64,000 nt of DNA from Tubiluchus corallicola (lineage: Eukaryota > Animalia > Priapulida). A program made the translations under genes and the position numbers. Location: contig JAQGDQ010000124.1 of assembly GCA_030141605.1 (NCBI GenBank), positions 510,490 to 574,489 of the forward strand, written 5' to 3'. Every line of letters starts with the position of its first letter. Positions within the stretch are counted from its first letter, which is position 1. Positions 1 through 12,282 of the stretch are shown here, in pieces. Under the pieces are notes generated by a model. That model ran no database searches. It worked only from the letters and a program-made list of their open reading frames with translations, and had not been told where the DNA came from.

Positions 1-1428
1 CGCAACTATTTATTATGCATGGTTTTTTGTGGTGTACAGATTTATTTGTTGTCTTATCAGGAGTTGGTTAGCCGAGAAGCTTTATAGCAATGAACTGAAC
101 AAGCGTCTGTTGTTGCCCATGGCATCAAACGTGCTGTCCGTTCCACCTAGCTCTAATCTGCTCTTGCTTAAAAACTTTTAATCTTCAGAGAAAGAATCCT
201 TTAGAGTAATCAAAGTACATTAATTTGGAGTACTTGCTGCTTTGCACAGCTGGTTTAATACGACTAGTCTTTTAAGACAGTCCTGCTCGCCGCTAAGTCT
301 TTGGGATTGCGAGCCGCTTAAGGTTTCTTGTTTCTGTTCAAAATGCTGATGTTCGATGTGCCTTGCAATTCACATTAAATAACGCACTGGCAGCGTTCTT
401 CTTTGACACACGGACCTAGTGATCGACCTCTCAGAGTGGTTTGCCTCGCGCTGAGACGAGGTGGGTCCTTCGTCGCACCTCTTGCCCTGTTCCAATAACA
501 TTCGAAAAGATCGGCCACGGGGACAGTCGGTCTCCCTGCTCTGCGAGACATGGCCCGGAGTGGATGGTTGCTGGCGTTCAGTCGCGGGGAGGGTGCTGAG
601 CTCTATCGAGCGGAGAGATCACATAAGATACGATAACATAAGAAAAGGTGAAGGAATGGCAGACAAGACAGAATAGCGAGGAAATGAACGAGAAAGACGA
701 ACATTTCTCCTGTTATCCATGGCATAAGAAGGTTAATTACACAATACAGAGTTTCAGGGCCGGATTAAGGTGTGCTGCTGCCCTAAGCACCCAGCACCTG
801 GTGCCCAGGCCTCCTTTTTTCTCCCTCCGTGCACGTTTTACGGCTCAAAGCAAACCAAAGCGATACAGATTATGACATTACATATAAAACAAACTCCATG
901 TCTCCATTGCTCTTTAATTATTCTTTTTAAATAAATCAGTTACAAAAAAGAAGGTATGGTGCCTGCCAACAACAAAAATAGAATGGTGTTAAACAGGCAG
1001 TTAAAATGACCCCACTGCATGAGTCATTGATTATGAAACTTCCTGCTCTAGAACCTTAGCCAATGGCTGCTGCAGACGTTGTGGTTGCCAACTTGCCATG
1101 ACAATAGGTGTAAGCATGGTGATAAGATATGAAGACACTACTATGATGTAATGTAATGAACTGAAAGACAACCCTGTCAACGTTATTTGTAAACGACACA
1201 GAAATGTGCTACAGAACATGAAACAGAAAAATTTCTGATTGCAGCGTCTGTATTAAGTAAATAATTAGACGTGTTAATTAAGTCAAATCTAACAGTATTA
1301 TCACTCACGCTGCATTAATAATATTGTAATATGTGTTATTTGTTTCGGCTTTAGATGAACAACTAACGTAAGTTCAAAGAGCTTTTTGCCAACTGTAAAT
1401 AACAAATCTCCGGCTACATAACAGAGAC

Positions 1429-1491
<63 letters not shown>

Positions 1492-1635
1492 TTTGCTCTT
1501 ATCCTAAATGTCACGAGCCAGGTAGAGCAACAGCGGGTACTATTTTAAAATTTGTTTAAAGTCTTTGATATGACGCGGTCGCAGTATCGAACTCGCGCCC
1601 TCCTAAACGGAAAGTGGGTCTACCACTAGGCTATA
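1429..1635 (-). mobile_element. tRNA-derived SINE with (TAA)n tail
   Basis: The minus strand reads TAGCCTAGTGG (A-box), then GAGTTCGATAC (B-box), then a CGCGTCATATCAAAGACTTTAAA body, ending in a (TAA)n tail (the ATT microsatellite at 1429-1490). Related body sequence occurs near 27840 and 34560. Confidence 0.7.
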
Positions 1636-1799
1636 GAAATGTTTGTCATTTATTATCCACCCTTTAACCTATATATTGTAGTTTGATAACTAGGTGATAC
1701 TGCTGATAATTAGCCCTTTTTAATTAATGCGTTTTACTAACTTTGTGTATAATGACGAAAAATAAATAAAATATAATTCTAATTGTAATTCTGTTACAG

Positions 1800-2971
1800 G
1801 TAACTTGCTGGTGATACTCGTTATTTTGTTGTGCAAGAAGATGCGAACAACCACCAACATGTTTCTGGCTAATCTGGCTCTGGCTGACATGTGTGTCGCC
1901 ATCTTTTGTCTCTACCCTAATCTTTACCTTAGCTTCTGGAAGCACTGGCCCCTAGGCGATGCCATGTGTAGGATCTTCTACTTCATGAAGGGCACCTCTT
2001 ACACCGCCTCCATTTTGATTATGGTAGTTATGTCAGTGGAAAGATATTTAGTCATAATGATGCCTATGAAGTCGCGGCTGCTTTTGACCAGAAAGCGGCT
2101 GATCTGTGTTACAGCCATTGTCTGGGTAGCGGCTGTGCTGAACAATGTACCTTGGTTGATCTTATACAAGAAGGAATTATTGGAAATTCCGGGCTTTCCG
2201 GAGCTAAACAAACACCTTTGCGTTCTGCATCATGATTGGATGGATCGGCTGTCACGTTTTGATGTAGCAAATGTTTGCGTGTGGTACGTACTTCCTCTGT
2301 GCGTAATAACGTTTATATACTTCAGAATATCTATCAAGCTTTGGAGAAGTGCAACCAGTGAGGCGGTCAACGTCAGCTTGCGCGAAACAACCAGAGGTAA
2401 AGAAACAACACCGATGGTTGTAGTGGACAGTGTTGGAACTGACACTTATAAGGACAAGGGCACAGCTATTGCCGATTCTAAGACAAAGTTGAATACGTTT
2501 TCAGGATATCGCGGGCGCAATGATAGCACGGTAAGCAGCGATAGTGTAGAATCCAACTGCAATGCCATTTCTGAGAAACAAGTGGGTGGAAAACACACTC
2601 CCGTTCACAAAAAGACTACAAAAACAAAATCATGTGATGAAGCGGCCCTAGAAGCCAGAAAGAAGGTTATCAAATTGTTAATAGTAGTCGTAGTAGCTTT
2701 TGCATTGTGCATTCTACCCTACCATGTATTCAACATTCGTCAGTCTTTTGATCTAGTGCCGCATAGTCGTTACTCTGCTATCAATGCAGCTACGGCAACG
2801 CTTATTATGTACATGCACAGCGGCATCAATCCCTTTCTTTACGCATTCTTTTCCGAGAAATTCAGAAAGAGCATGCATCTTGTGTTAATGTGCAAACGCG
2901 AAGAGTCATGGCGTCCGAGATGGGCACCAGCACAAACGTCCATGACGCAAGCAGCTGGGACGCCCGTTTGA
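1800..2971 (+). CDS. Class A neuropeptide GPCR, trissin-receptor-like; terminal exon from end of TM1 to stop
   Basis: Acceptor ctgttacag|GT AAC TTG gives GNLLVI (TM1 GN motif). Other motifs: TNMFLANLALAD (TM2), ECL1 WPLG..C, SYTASILI..VERY (TM3), long ICL3, FALCILP (TM6) and NPFLY (TM7). The N-terminal exon was not found in the window. The subfamily call is from remembered motifs. Confidence 0.9.
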
Positions 2972-3544
2972 ATATGAGAATCCGTATATGAATGACCTGG
3001 ACAATATTTTTATTGTTCTTTCTTCATACACAAGAAAATGCTATTTGTCGCTCTGAAAAAAATCTCAATAACATTCAAATTCAAATGACTGTAGAGCTAG
3101 GGCAACAATATGTTGCTTACGTTTTACTAAGTCTGACAGCAAGGGAGAAAGAACGAGTGAAAAACAATGACAGTAGGTGTGAGTAAAAAGCAAACTTGGA
3201 AAAGTGATGGCCCTGAACGGATCACGATTTCCAGAACGTTAGATGTATATCATGAAACCTAAACGCCGTCTTGAAATTTAGACATAAAAAGAGTGCACCA
3301 TTTATCTCACTGCCTCATTGTTTTTGATAATTAATTTTGCTGATTACTGTTCTTGAGTTGCGCACGGTACATGGCAGCTACCCGGGCTACCGTGTCAGAA
3401 ACAGTTTCGCTAATGCAATTTGTTATTGCTTCATACATGTGCTTGAACGCGTAAAATTTGTGTTTGCCCCACAGGGCCTCAGTCTCAAGTGATCTGACCT
3501 CTTTTTGTTCGAGGTCTAGATATTGCTCTTGTTCTTGTTGTTGG

Positions 3545-3850
3545 GCAGGACCTTTTACAAAAAGCCTAAGGATTCACCAATTTGTAATGGAGCATCATGA
3601 AATTTATAGACATATGCTAAAATAAAGTTCACATCGACTGGTGATGTTGGATTGTCGATCCGCCATTTCGAATTCAAGATGGCGGCAAAGACGTCAATTT
3701 TGAATAAAGCCTAAGGCTCAGCCAGTTGGCAATGAATTGTCACGAAATTTATCAAAATATATTATAGTAAATTATGTATCGATTAACGGAGTCGGCTGCC
3801 ATCTTGAATTCAAGATGTTGACATTGACGTCATTTCTAATCCAACATCTT
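3545..3850. repeat. Interspersed repeat with two internal subrepeats (AAAGCCTAAGG...GAAATTT...CCATnTnGAATTCAAGATG)
   Basis: Two diverged ~150 bp copies with a near-palindromic GCCATTTCGAATTCAAGATGGC core. A related motif lies near 17210. Confidence 0.45.
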
Positions 3851-6800
3851 GAACTCAACGAATCACTCGACCAATAGTTCGATTCGAACTTGTTGATGTA
3901 AAAATAATTACACTTATGTAGAGTAATTAGTAAGTACATGCCGCACTTACGTAAATGTTATACATAAAGTAAAGTAGCGAACTTGCATAGTTAAAATGCG
4001 TGTATTGCTACAAAGAAGTCGTTATTAACTTAGCACGTTTTTACCTGAATTGTATTGTACTATAACTCTTGATAAATTTATTTTTCTTAGAAAGTTAGGG
4101 AGACCATTTCTCTAAAATATGCCTTTGGTTGAGTGAACATCTGGAAAATTGTCTGTCGCTTCAAAAAAATAAATACGTTTTTCAACAACAAAACGAAAAA
4201 GTATCACATGTAGCAGAGTAGAGCCGACCTGAGTTTCGTGAAGCTGAGGTTGTGGCTTGTGCATTTGGCGAGATTCGATAACCGACATTAGCAGGTTAGT
4301 CAGACTCGTGAAAGTGTTGTAGACTGAAAAAATAAATTGCTGGAAAAACAGTTTTAGATGTATAATTCTACTCTGTATTGTATTCTACTCAGAATCCAAA
4401 TATACACACACCGCAGTAAACATCGTTGAAAAACAGTCAAAGTAAGGTCTTATTCACATCTGAGTAAAATATTATTTTGAACACCCCACTGTCTACGTTT
4501 ATTGCTTATTGCTCTTATCTAGCAGCCTAGTAAAAACCGTTACGTTCATAGAGAAGCCAAGTGCTCTAGTTTACATACAAAATGTGTAGCGGAAGTAAAA
4601 ATATTAAGTGATAATCACAAAGTGTATTGATAGGTGTCAGCACGAACTTAGTGCCAATGAAAAATTAATTTCAAAAATACAAATCAAAAGTAATAAATCA
4701 CAGTCAATTAATTAATTAATTATAAACTGAATATTAAATTGAGCTCGCATCTGCGACACCATGTGAGCTAATATGTAATGACATACAAAAAATTATAAAG
4801 CAAGTTTCTTTCTGCTAAAGTTAAATTTTTTTATAATTACTACAGAAAATTATAATTAGATAGAAGTCGTAAAACGTCCAGGCTGTCAATATTTTCAAAA
4901 ACGAAAAACCACAACATTTTCTGCTATCACCGAAATCAAAGTGAAATTGAAACAAACAGTAGCTACGAAACGAAACAAAAGCAAACACACAATGCCCAGT
5001 TGCATTTCGTATTGTACTTTGCTTTAATACAACATTCGCAAGGAAATTATTACCATATCTTTGGTCGCATGACGTTGATAGGAGAGGAATGGGGCGGCAT
5101 TACGACATACAGCGGTATAGGACATATCCTTTTTCACAACACCGTTGTTTGTAGTAAAAGCAGGTGATATAGGATTCCAAATTTCTAATAACACATTTTT
5201 ATTGTAGTAGACGCTTCTACTCTGTCACTTTCTCTCTATCACGCTGCGCTCTGTAACGGAAATTAAAAATTCCGACTGTTATCGTACAACTATAACGTAA
5301 TTATTTCGGTACACTGAACAATTTAGTTTTACTGGATTTCGTCATAATAAAGTAAACAGCACTGTTGGGATTAATGTCCACAAATGACATTATATTCGCA
5401 TCATTAGATGAAGCTTTTAATTAACCCGCCAAGACTCGTACAGCAGAGTCAGCATGTCAGTGCACGTGGACACCGACTTAACGAAAATGGGTGACTTAAT
5501 TATTAACACGCTTGTTTTTTATTCTCTTTTCCAACCGTTAAAAATTTCGCAGTGTGCACCCGATGTTTGTTCAAAATATTGAAAATGATCTTGAATGAGC
5601 GGATTTTGAAATGTGCCTTGCGTGAAAACTCAGTTGTGCATCTGGCACCGTGCTAGTTACAGCAAAAAACACAAGCAAAAAATGTGGTAATCCACAATCT
5701 ATAATATTGTCTGTTCTCATTTGTCTGGCATTGTGTGGCGATAACATTCATTGAAAACATGATAAAACACACAGAAAAACACACATTAGTTTCATAGTAA
5801 CTAAAAAAAGTAGTGAAATTAGTTACAATCTTAACTAACATGTTGAAAGCAGATCTCTAACTCAACAAGTATAGAATGTTTCAGAGCTCACTACAAACTT
5901 TGATTTCTAATTTTCCTTTCAAAATTTTCTTCAATCTCACCAAGTTCTTGCACGAATCGAAAGGGTACTTTGGCTGCCGTTTTTGGCAATCATTCTTGTT
6001 TATTTTTTACTGGAGGCAACGTTACTATGGCAACGACACTAACGTTAGAAATGAGGTGCAAAATCTCCGCCTGGCAAGTGGTCCTTCAAATAATGGGTCC
6101 TCCAATCGAAGTTTGGGGAAATGAGAACACTGTGTAAGCCACATTATTACGCATTTGAATCATTAATTATGTCACTGCAAGATTATATTAGGCAAAAATT
6201 TATGCAAACGGCCCAACAAACGTTTATGAATTCGAAATAACAATTTACCCGAAGGATGTTGAACAAGCATCTTGAAATATTGCTGTGGGAAAGGCACGTG
6301 TTAATGATCAGCAAAAGTGTTTCGAAGAATGTGGCGAAAATAGCGAAGCCTATCAGTTTTATAGTGCTATTCAGATTTTCGTCTAATTTGACTGAAGAAT
6401 CCCCAAAGTTTTTAGCTTATCTGTAGCTATTTTCCGACAAATAATTTTGTTTATTAAAAACATGTAGAAAATATAAAGTGTATAAGGACATGAGATATCC
6501 TGTATTTCGACAGCAAATGACCTCTGTTTCATAGAAATCGGCTTTCCCACTGTTACGGATTTATTAGGAATGCGCAGTACAGGTATTTTAGCCGTATTCT
6601 TTCAGATCGAACAGATGCGGTTGATGACTCCTTCATCTTTGCCTGCAATCTGTGTATAGGTGCAGCATTTGCTATATCTGAAAACGTTGTTAGTATAGGA
6701 AGGCGATATTCTTGAAGATGATTTAACAGCCTGAAATACCGAATTCGACAATCAGAAAAGACAAAATGTATAACATATCGCGAGTTAAATCCAGATGTCG

Positions 6801-7399
6801 AACGTTTATAACTCTAACATACCAGAAATCCAAAGGGTGAAGCTTGCTGCTCACAAGCTTACGCTGGCCGCTGGGCTCAGTTACCGAGGGAAAACGCTTG
6901 GTTTCGTGTGAGGCTGGTACAGACAGAGGACCATGTTATATGTGAATGCACACAGATTCGTAATTTGAGAATGAACTATAATAATAATGCAGATTTCTCA
7001 AACTACGGCCATTTTTCCAATCTGAAGCAAATTTCGTTTACCAATTTGTAACAGAGGCGTCAAATATGTATGATAATGGTGATTGTGATTAATCATGCTG
7101 TAATAATTTATAAAACTGAATGTAACATCCAGTCGTAATGGTACATAAGTGAAATTTTGTGGAAAATATTTCGTACACTTCGAATGTTATTTTTTACGGA
7201 ATGATTCTGTTGTGACCATCTCCTTGATTGTGTGTTTATATCAGTCAATAAATTTATCTATCTATCTATTATGTCAGCTTGAGAGCTTAACACCCACCCC
7301 TCGTATTAAGTTATAGTGTAAATGTGGCCGCTGGAGATCTATGCGGACGAGAGCAGACTTCGAACACATTGTAAAATGGCAGAATTAAGAGAAGGCAAG

Positions 7400-8870
7400 C
7401 TTCATCAAAAGGATCAGGAGATTCAAGCGAACGTTAGTGTTAAAAAATGTGAAGCAGAATGCATTTAAAATGAAAGCGAGTGAAAGAAGGTAAAAGATGA
7501 AAAGAAGCAAATTCAATTAGAAAATAGAAAAATTACGTATACAAGTATAAGAAAATAAGGAACAGGGAGAAATCTCAATTATATAAATGATTTAAACAAG
7601 TTAATTACACAGTTGTTCCTAAACAACGAGAAAGACGCACAAAGAGAGACACTAAAGAACGTCTCACAAATATGGGTGATTATAGGCAGTAGTAATTTGA
7701 TGAGATAACAGAGTTCCAAAAATAGATCTTCCTGAAAATCGAAGCTAACAACGAAAGCATAACATTAAAAGAAGTAAAGAAGAAACAAATAAAATTTAAA
7801 AAGCTCCCATTCCTGTAAATTGCGTATACAAACATTATTTTCACTGCTTTATTGAAATTAGTGAAAAGCATAAACTAACTATATTTAAACATGGCAATGT
7901 TATTCACAGAAATGAAGGACAGGGTGGCAATAGAAAAATAATCATGTTTTCCTTTTTGACAAAGGTGGTACTGCAAGCTAATTTACTGTAGAATTTGACA
8001 TTATTATCTAAAAGATAAGGTGAACGACAACGCTTGTTAATTTTCATAGTGATGACAGGGTAACAAATATATGGAATGGACTTAAAATTGCGTGATGCGC
8101 TGGAACTAAAAGAAATATAAGTGTTGCAAGTTTGAAATAATTGTAAGTTTTGAAGACAGATAGGTATCGGATTGCAAAACAAGAACAAGCAAATTATGGG
8201 CAAACTAAAGTGTGGCCAAACGAAATTTTTAATACGGAACTGAACTGAAAAAAATTTATAGGCGTGACATGACAGAAGAGATAGTAATGAATCTTTGATT
8301 TTTAACACATGATGTAAGCCACATAAAGGATCAAATGACAAAGTGGGCGTAAATAAAGATTAAAAGCCTGATTAAACAATAGCAAATAAGAAAAAACTAA
8401 TTGACTTAATGTTGTTAAAGTGTAATAGCAGATTTATAATCAGCAGTAATAGAAAAGGAAGAGACACATTTAGATAAATAGAAACGAAAGGTTATACTTG
8501 TCATTACAAAAACTTAGTATGTACATGCAGAGATAAATCGCTTGGAATCGGATGGATTTTAGCAACAAAAATGCACTAGAAGCGGTGATAACAATGTATA
8601 ATAGAGCCTGATAATCCCCATGGTTATTAGTTATTGTGAAATACTGATACTCACAATTCATGCATCTCGGGACTGTTGAGCAAGTATAGAACAACTTGAA
8701 ACAATGTAAAGGACGTGTGTGCATGAATAAAGGAACATATTCATTTAGCAAGAAATAATGACGAGAATTAGGAGGTGTCTATTTTTCTGGAAAAACGATG
8801 ACATGACAGAAAATCCATTTATGTACGAAGAAGTCATTAACCATGGGAACATAATCGTGATACAGAGTGA
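7400..8870 (-). mobile_element. Highly decayed L2/CR1-like LINE ORF2 remnant
   Basis: Strong purine skew on +. Minus-strand peptides FPWLMTS, SFDPL and NFVWPHFSLP appear in the order expected for PW.., LDP and NYRPISNLP. Many stops. Confidence 0.3.
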
Positions 8871-8904
8871 CAACTGGAAAACGTTGAGCATGATAACACG
8901 AATG

Positions 8905-9142
8905 TAGGAAAAAATGGCACAGGAAAAAACGGCATACTTAGTAAAATATGCGGTTTTGTCTGTAATAGCTTATGCTTAACACGCAAAACTATCTAACATA
9001 TTTCCAAGAAACTTTGTGAAGAAAGGCGGGAATAGGGTGTCAAAATGGAAATCTTTTTGGTAATTCGTTTTTCGCGAAACGTGTCTGAACACCTGCTTTT
9101 CGATTTGTGCCATTTTTTCCTGTACCAATTTTACCACGCACC
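8905..9142. mobile_element. Non-autonomous DNA-transposon-like repeat with AAAATGGCACAGG subterminal repeats
   Basis: Inverted motifs aaaaaatggcacagg / tgtgccattttttcctgtacc. The internal segment matches the reverse complement of 34240-34365. Confidence 0.55.
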
Positions 9143-11460
9143 AGATAACACAGTTTATTGCAACTTGTATGACGTATGACGACGACAAAATAATGGTAAT
9201 GAGAAATAAAGATGTTCAGCCAAATGAAAAATAATAATCGTTCAGTGTAAATGTGCTGAGAGTTGACTACTAGGTTGCTCGAATACAATGATTAGTACAC
9301 CAGCTCCAAACATGATACGGGATAGGTCCAAACAACCTAAAAACCACAGAGCTCCTGTTAGGTTACTAGGCATTACATAATCACAAGTGTTTGCTAAGGT
9401 GCATAGATTTTGAACATAGACAGGAATTTAAAGGTTTTGATTGTAAAAAAAAATATAAAAATAGCTAGCTAATCAGAATGTTCACAAAAATGTTCAGCCA
9501 TTCTGGACTACGATACAGTAATATTTTTTGGATATGACATGTTGCATATTTGAAACGCGCACGTCTTATTAGTTTACAGCGACATATGACTGTTTGAGTG
9601 TTTATTTGTCTGCTTGGAATACTCGCAGCTGTCGCTGAAAAGGATCGACCGTATAAGCGGAAATCAGTAATCACCAAGTGCAGAAAAAGTAACGACGATT
9701 ACCCATATTTCTACAACGCTTGTCTACGAAACGCTGTTAGCCAGATTATGAATGTCAACAGTTTTTTCAAGCCGGTAGTGTGAGTAAAATAAGGACAAAA
9801 TAGGTAAAGTGCGAAATAACTCGCTAAGCTCGTTTATCTTGTTGGCTTTGGCCACCGTTTATGTAAAAAGTTTGATTTCACATGTAAAGACAATTTTAAA
9901 AGGTTTTGGCCGTGTAGGCCTAGCACTAGTATTAGTAGCAATCATACTGGACTTTATAGCGGATCTTTCTTAGCGCTTTATATTTTCCCAAGGAATTAAG
10001 AACAATGAACTCAGTGTTTGAAGCTGTAAAATCGATAGGGGAACGTTTAGGCTAGTAAATAGTGCTGCGTGAAATGTTAACGCTTGCTCGACATCCTTTG
10101 GTACGCTTCTCCTACCACCTTGTGTACTGCGCTGCCGTATACTGCTTTCTGTGTACCGCAGCGCCATTTGCTGCCTAATGGGACATAACAGAATGGTACA
10201 CAGTGAGATGGTACGCTTTGATGTCAAGCAAGCACCTCGAAGCGTACAACGTAGTGTTTTATTTAACCCTCCTGACGTAACTGCGTAATATAATACAGAT
10301 TGCCACCTGATTTTCTGCTAAAATGCACCCACGCATGCGAATACCTTTTTTAAATACTCCAAACAAGCCCACGCCAATCAAGGTAGAGCAACAATATGAT
10401 TTTGAAGCCTGTCAAGTTGGTTAATATAACAAGCTGTGGCACCAGTTGTGAGGGCAGCCCATGCTAGTTCAAATAGTTAATTTGCAAAGATAGAATACGA
10501 TTTCAGGAAATTGATAATTACAAGCACAATATAGACATCCCACTACTTTTTTCTATATTCTTAGCCACTTTTATAAGATGTTTCTCCAATCTAAAATTAT
10601 CAGAACACAAGCTAAGGCAAAATCAAAGTTTTGACTTGAATGTCACAGTATGACTTGCCAATTGTTATTCAACACTAATGCTTACAAGATAAAGTAGTAG
10701 TGGACTACTACCACTAACACATTGATTTGGTCATGGAAATCAGGTATGTAACTGAGATTATTCGCTGCAGCAAATTGATTTACAACTGGATTGATTTGGG
10801 ATGTACGAAAGATGCATTGTATGGAGGAAATTTCTATATAAATGACTCTGTAAATTTCATCCAATTGTGCCAAATACATGCATGAATGACAAGACAGCAT
10901 GGCAGAGATTCGTGGTTGAATCAAATAAAAGTCCAGATCTACATTAATATCTTTTAACTTTTAATGCATCTGGGGCACATGGCACATTCAATGTCTATTT
11001 GGGATTATTTGTTGCACAAAGTTGGAATTATTTTTGGATACTGAGTATTACCCTTTTTTGTGAACACAATCTTCAATTCCATTTCTAACAGTTATATTGC
11101 TGGAACCTAAGTTAACTCACAAATAATCACAGCTAATTTTCAAATGAAAACTGAATTTTAACTAGACATTAAGGTGCTGCCATCTACATTCGACATGAAC
11201 ATCGCGTGATACTTCACTTTAACATTGACTGATTACTTGAAGAATCTCAAACAACTAGGTCTAATGTTAAATTTCACAAGTTTAAACAATTGATTTTCAG
11301 AATTCTAGTTAAACACAATTTTCAGAATTTTTACATGATGCAAAACTAGTAAAATGTAAGGTTTCAAAGAAGACATACAGTAATCATAGCAATAGGGTAC
11401 ATGAATTTTGAAAACATAAGTATAGTTCATTGCCTGTCAAAAGCAAAGACTTGGTCAATA

Positions 11461-12282
11461 TAGGGATGCACCAAATGCACATTTTCATCAGCCAAACTGT
11501 AATCGAATGTTTTACTCTTGGGTACCACAGAACCGAAGCTTAACCGAATGAAAAGCTTTGCTGCCGCACCGAATTCTGAATAAAACATCAAGTTAAATTG
11601 GAATACTGGACCGAAGCCGAACCATTTTTTTACCGAAACTGAATCAAATTTTTTTGTAATTTTAATTAAAAGAGTTATAAAATCTGAAATTTTTTATCAT
11701 TTTAAGTTAGTAGTGATTGGTAAGTTGTGTAAAATTGTTCTTATTACTAAATCTGCATTTCTTTATTGTTTTGTAGTAATTAAGTATTTTAAGGGCCACC
11801 CTAATTCTTTCAAAAGCTATTCAAACTATTTTGTATAATCAACAAAAACAGTATTTAAGCAAAACTGCAATAGTTTAATTGTTTACTGGCTCGAGTTCCC
11901 ATTGATTTATTTTGGATTTTTATTATATACATCATGTATAAGCAAACACAGCACTGCTTTGCTATTGCACAATGCGCATTAACGTAACTTGTGTGCCAAC
12001 TGCGCATTTCATCTTTGAGTTAGCATACAGAAAGCAAAATGTCAGCTGTTGAGTCGAGTTCGCTGTTTACTATCAGCTTTTTTCGGATAAATTTTTCTAA
12101 GTGTTGTAGGTAAAAATTCGGTTTGTTGAATGTAATTCGAATGTGACGATTGTTAAAAAAGTAACTTTGGTATACCAATGGTTCACCGAACCTTTAGTGC
12201 TTACAACAAAGTTTATCAGACTGCATTTTTTGACCGATATTCGGGGAAAGATTCATTGATCCGAATATTCCGTGTAGCCCTA
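11461..12282. mobile_element. hAT-type MITE
   Basis: Termini TAGGGATGCACC / CGTGTAGCCCTA with many CCGAA/TTCGG subterminal motifs. Degenerate 8-bp TSD GGTCAATA / GATCAACA. Confidence 0.6.

Noticed and set aside
1-900. Upstream GPCR exon or small genes
   Set aside because: No TM1-like hydrophobic segment with a phase-1 donor was recognised; only a CAGGGCCGG MITE-like end near 755.
1720-2445. Short minus-strand ORFs
   Set aside because: Shadow frames of the GPCR exon.
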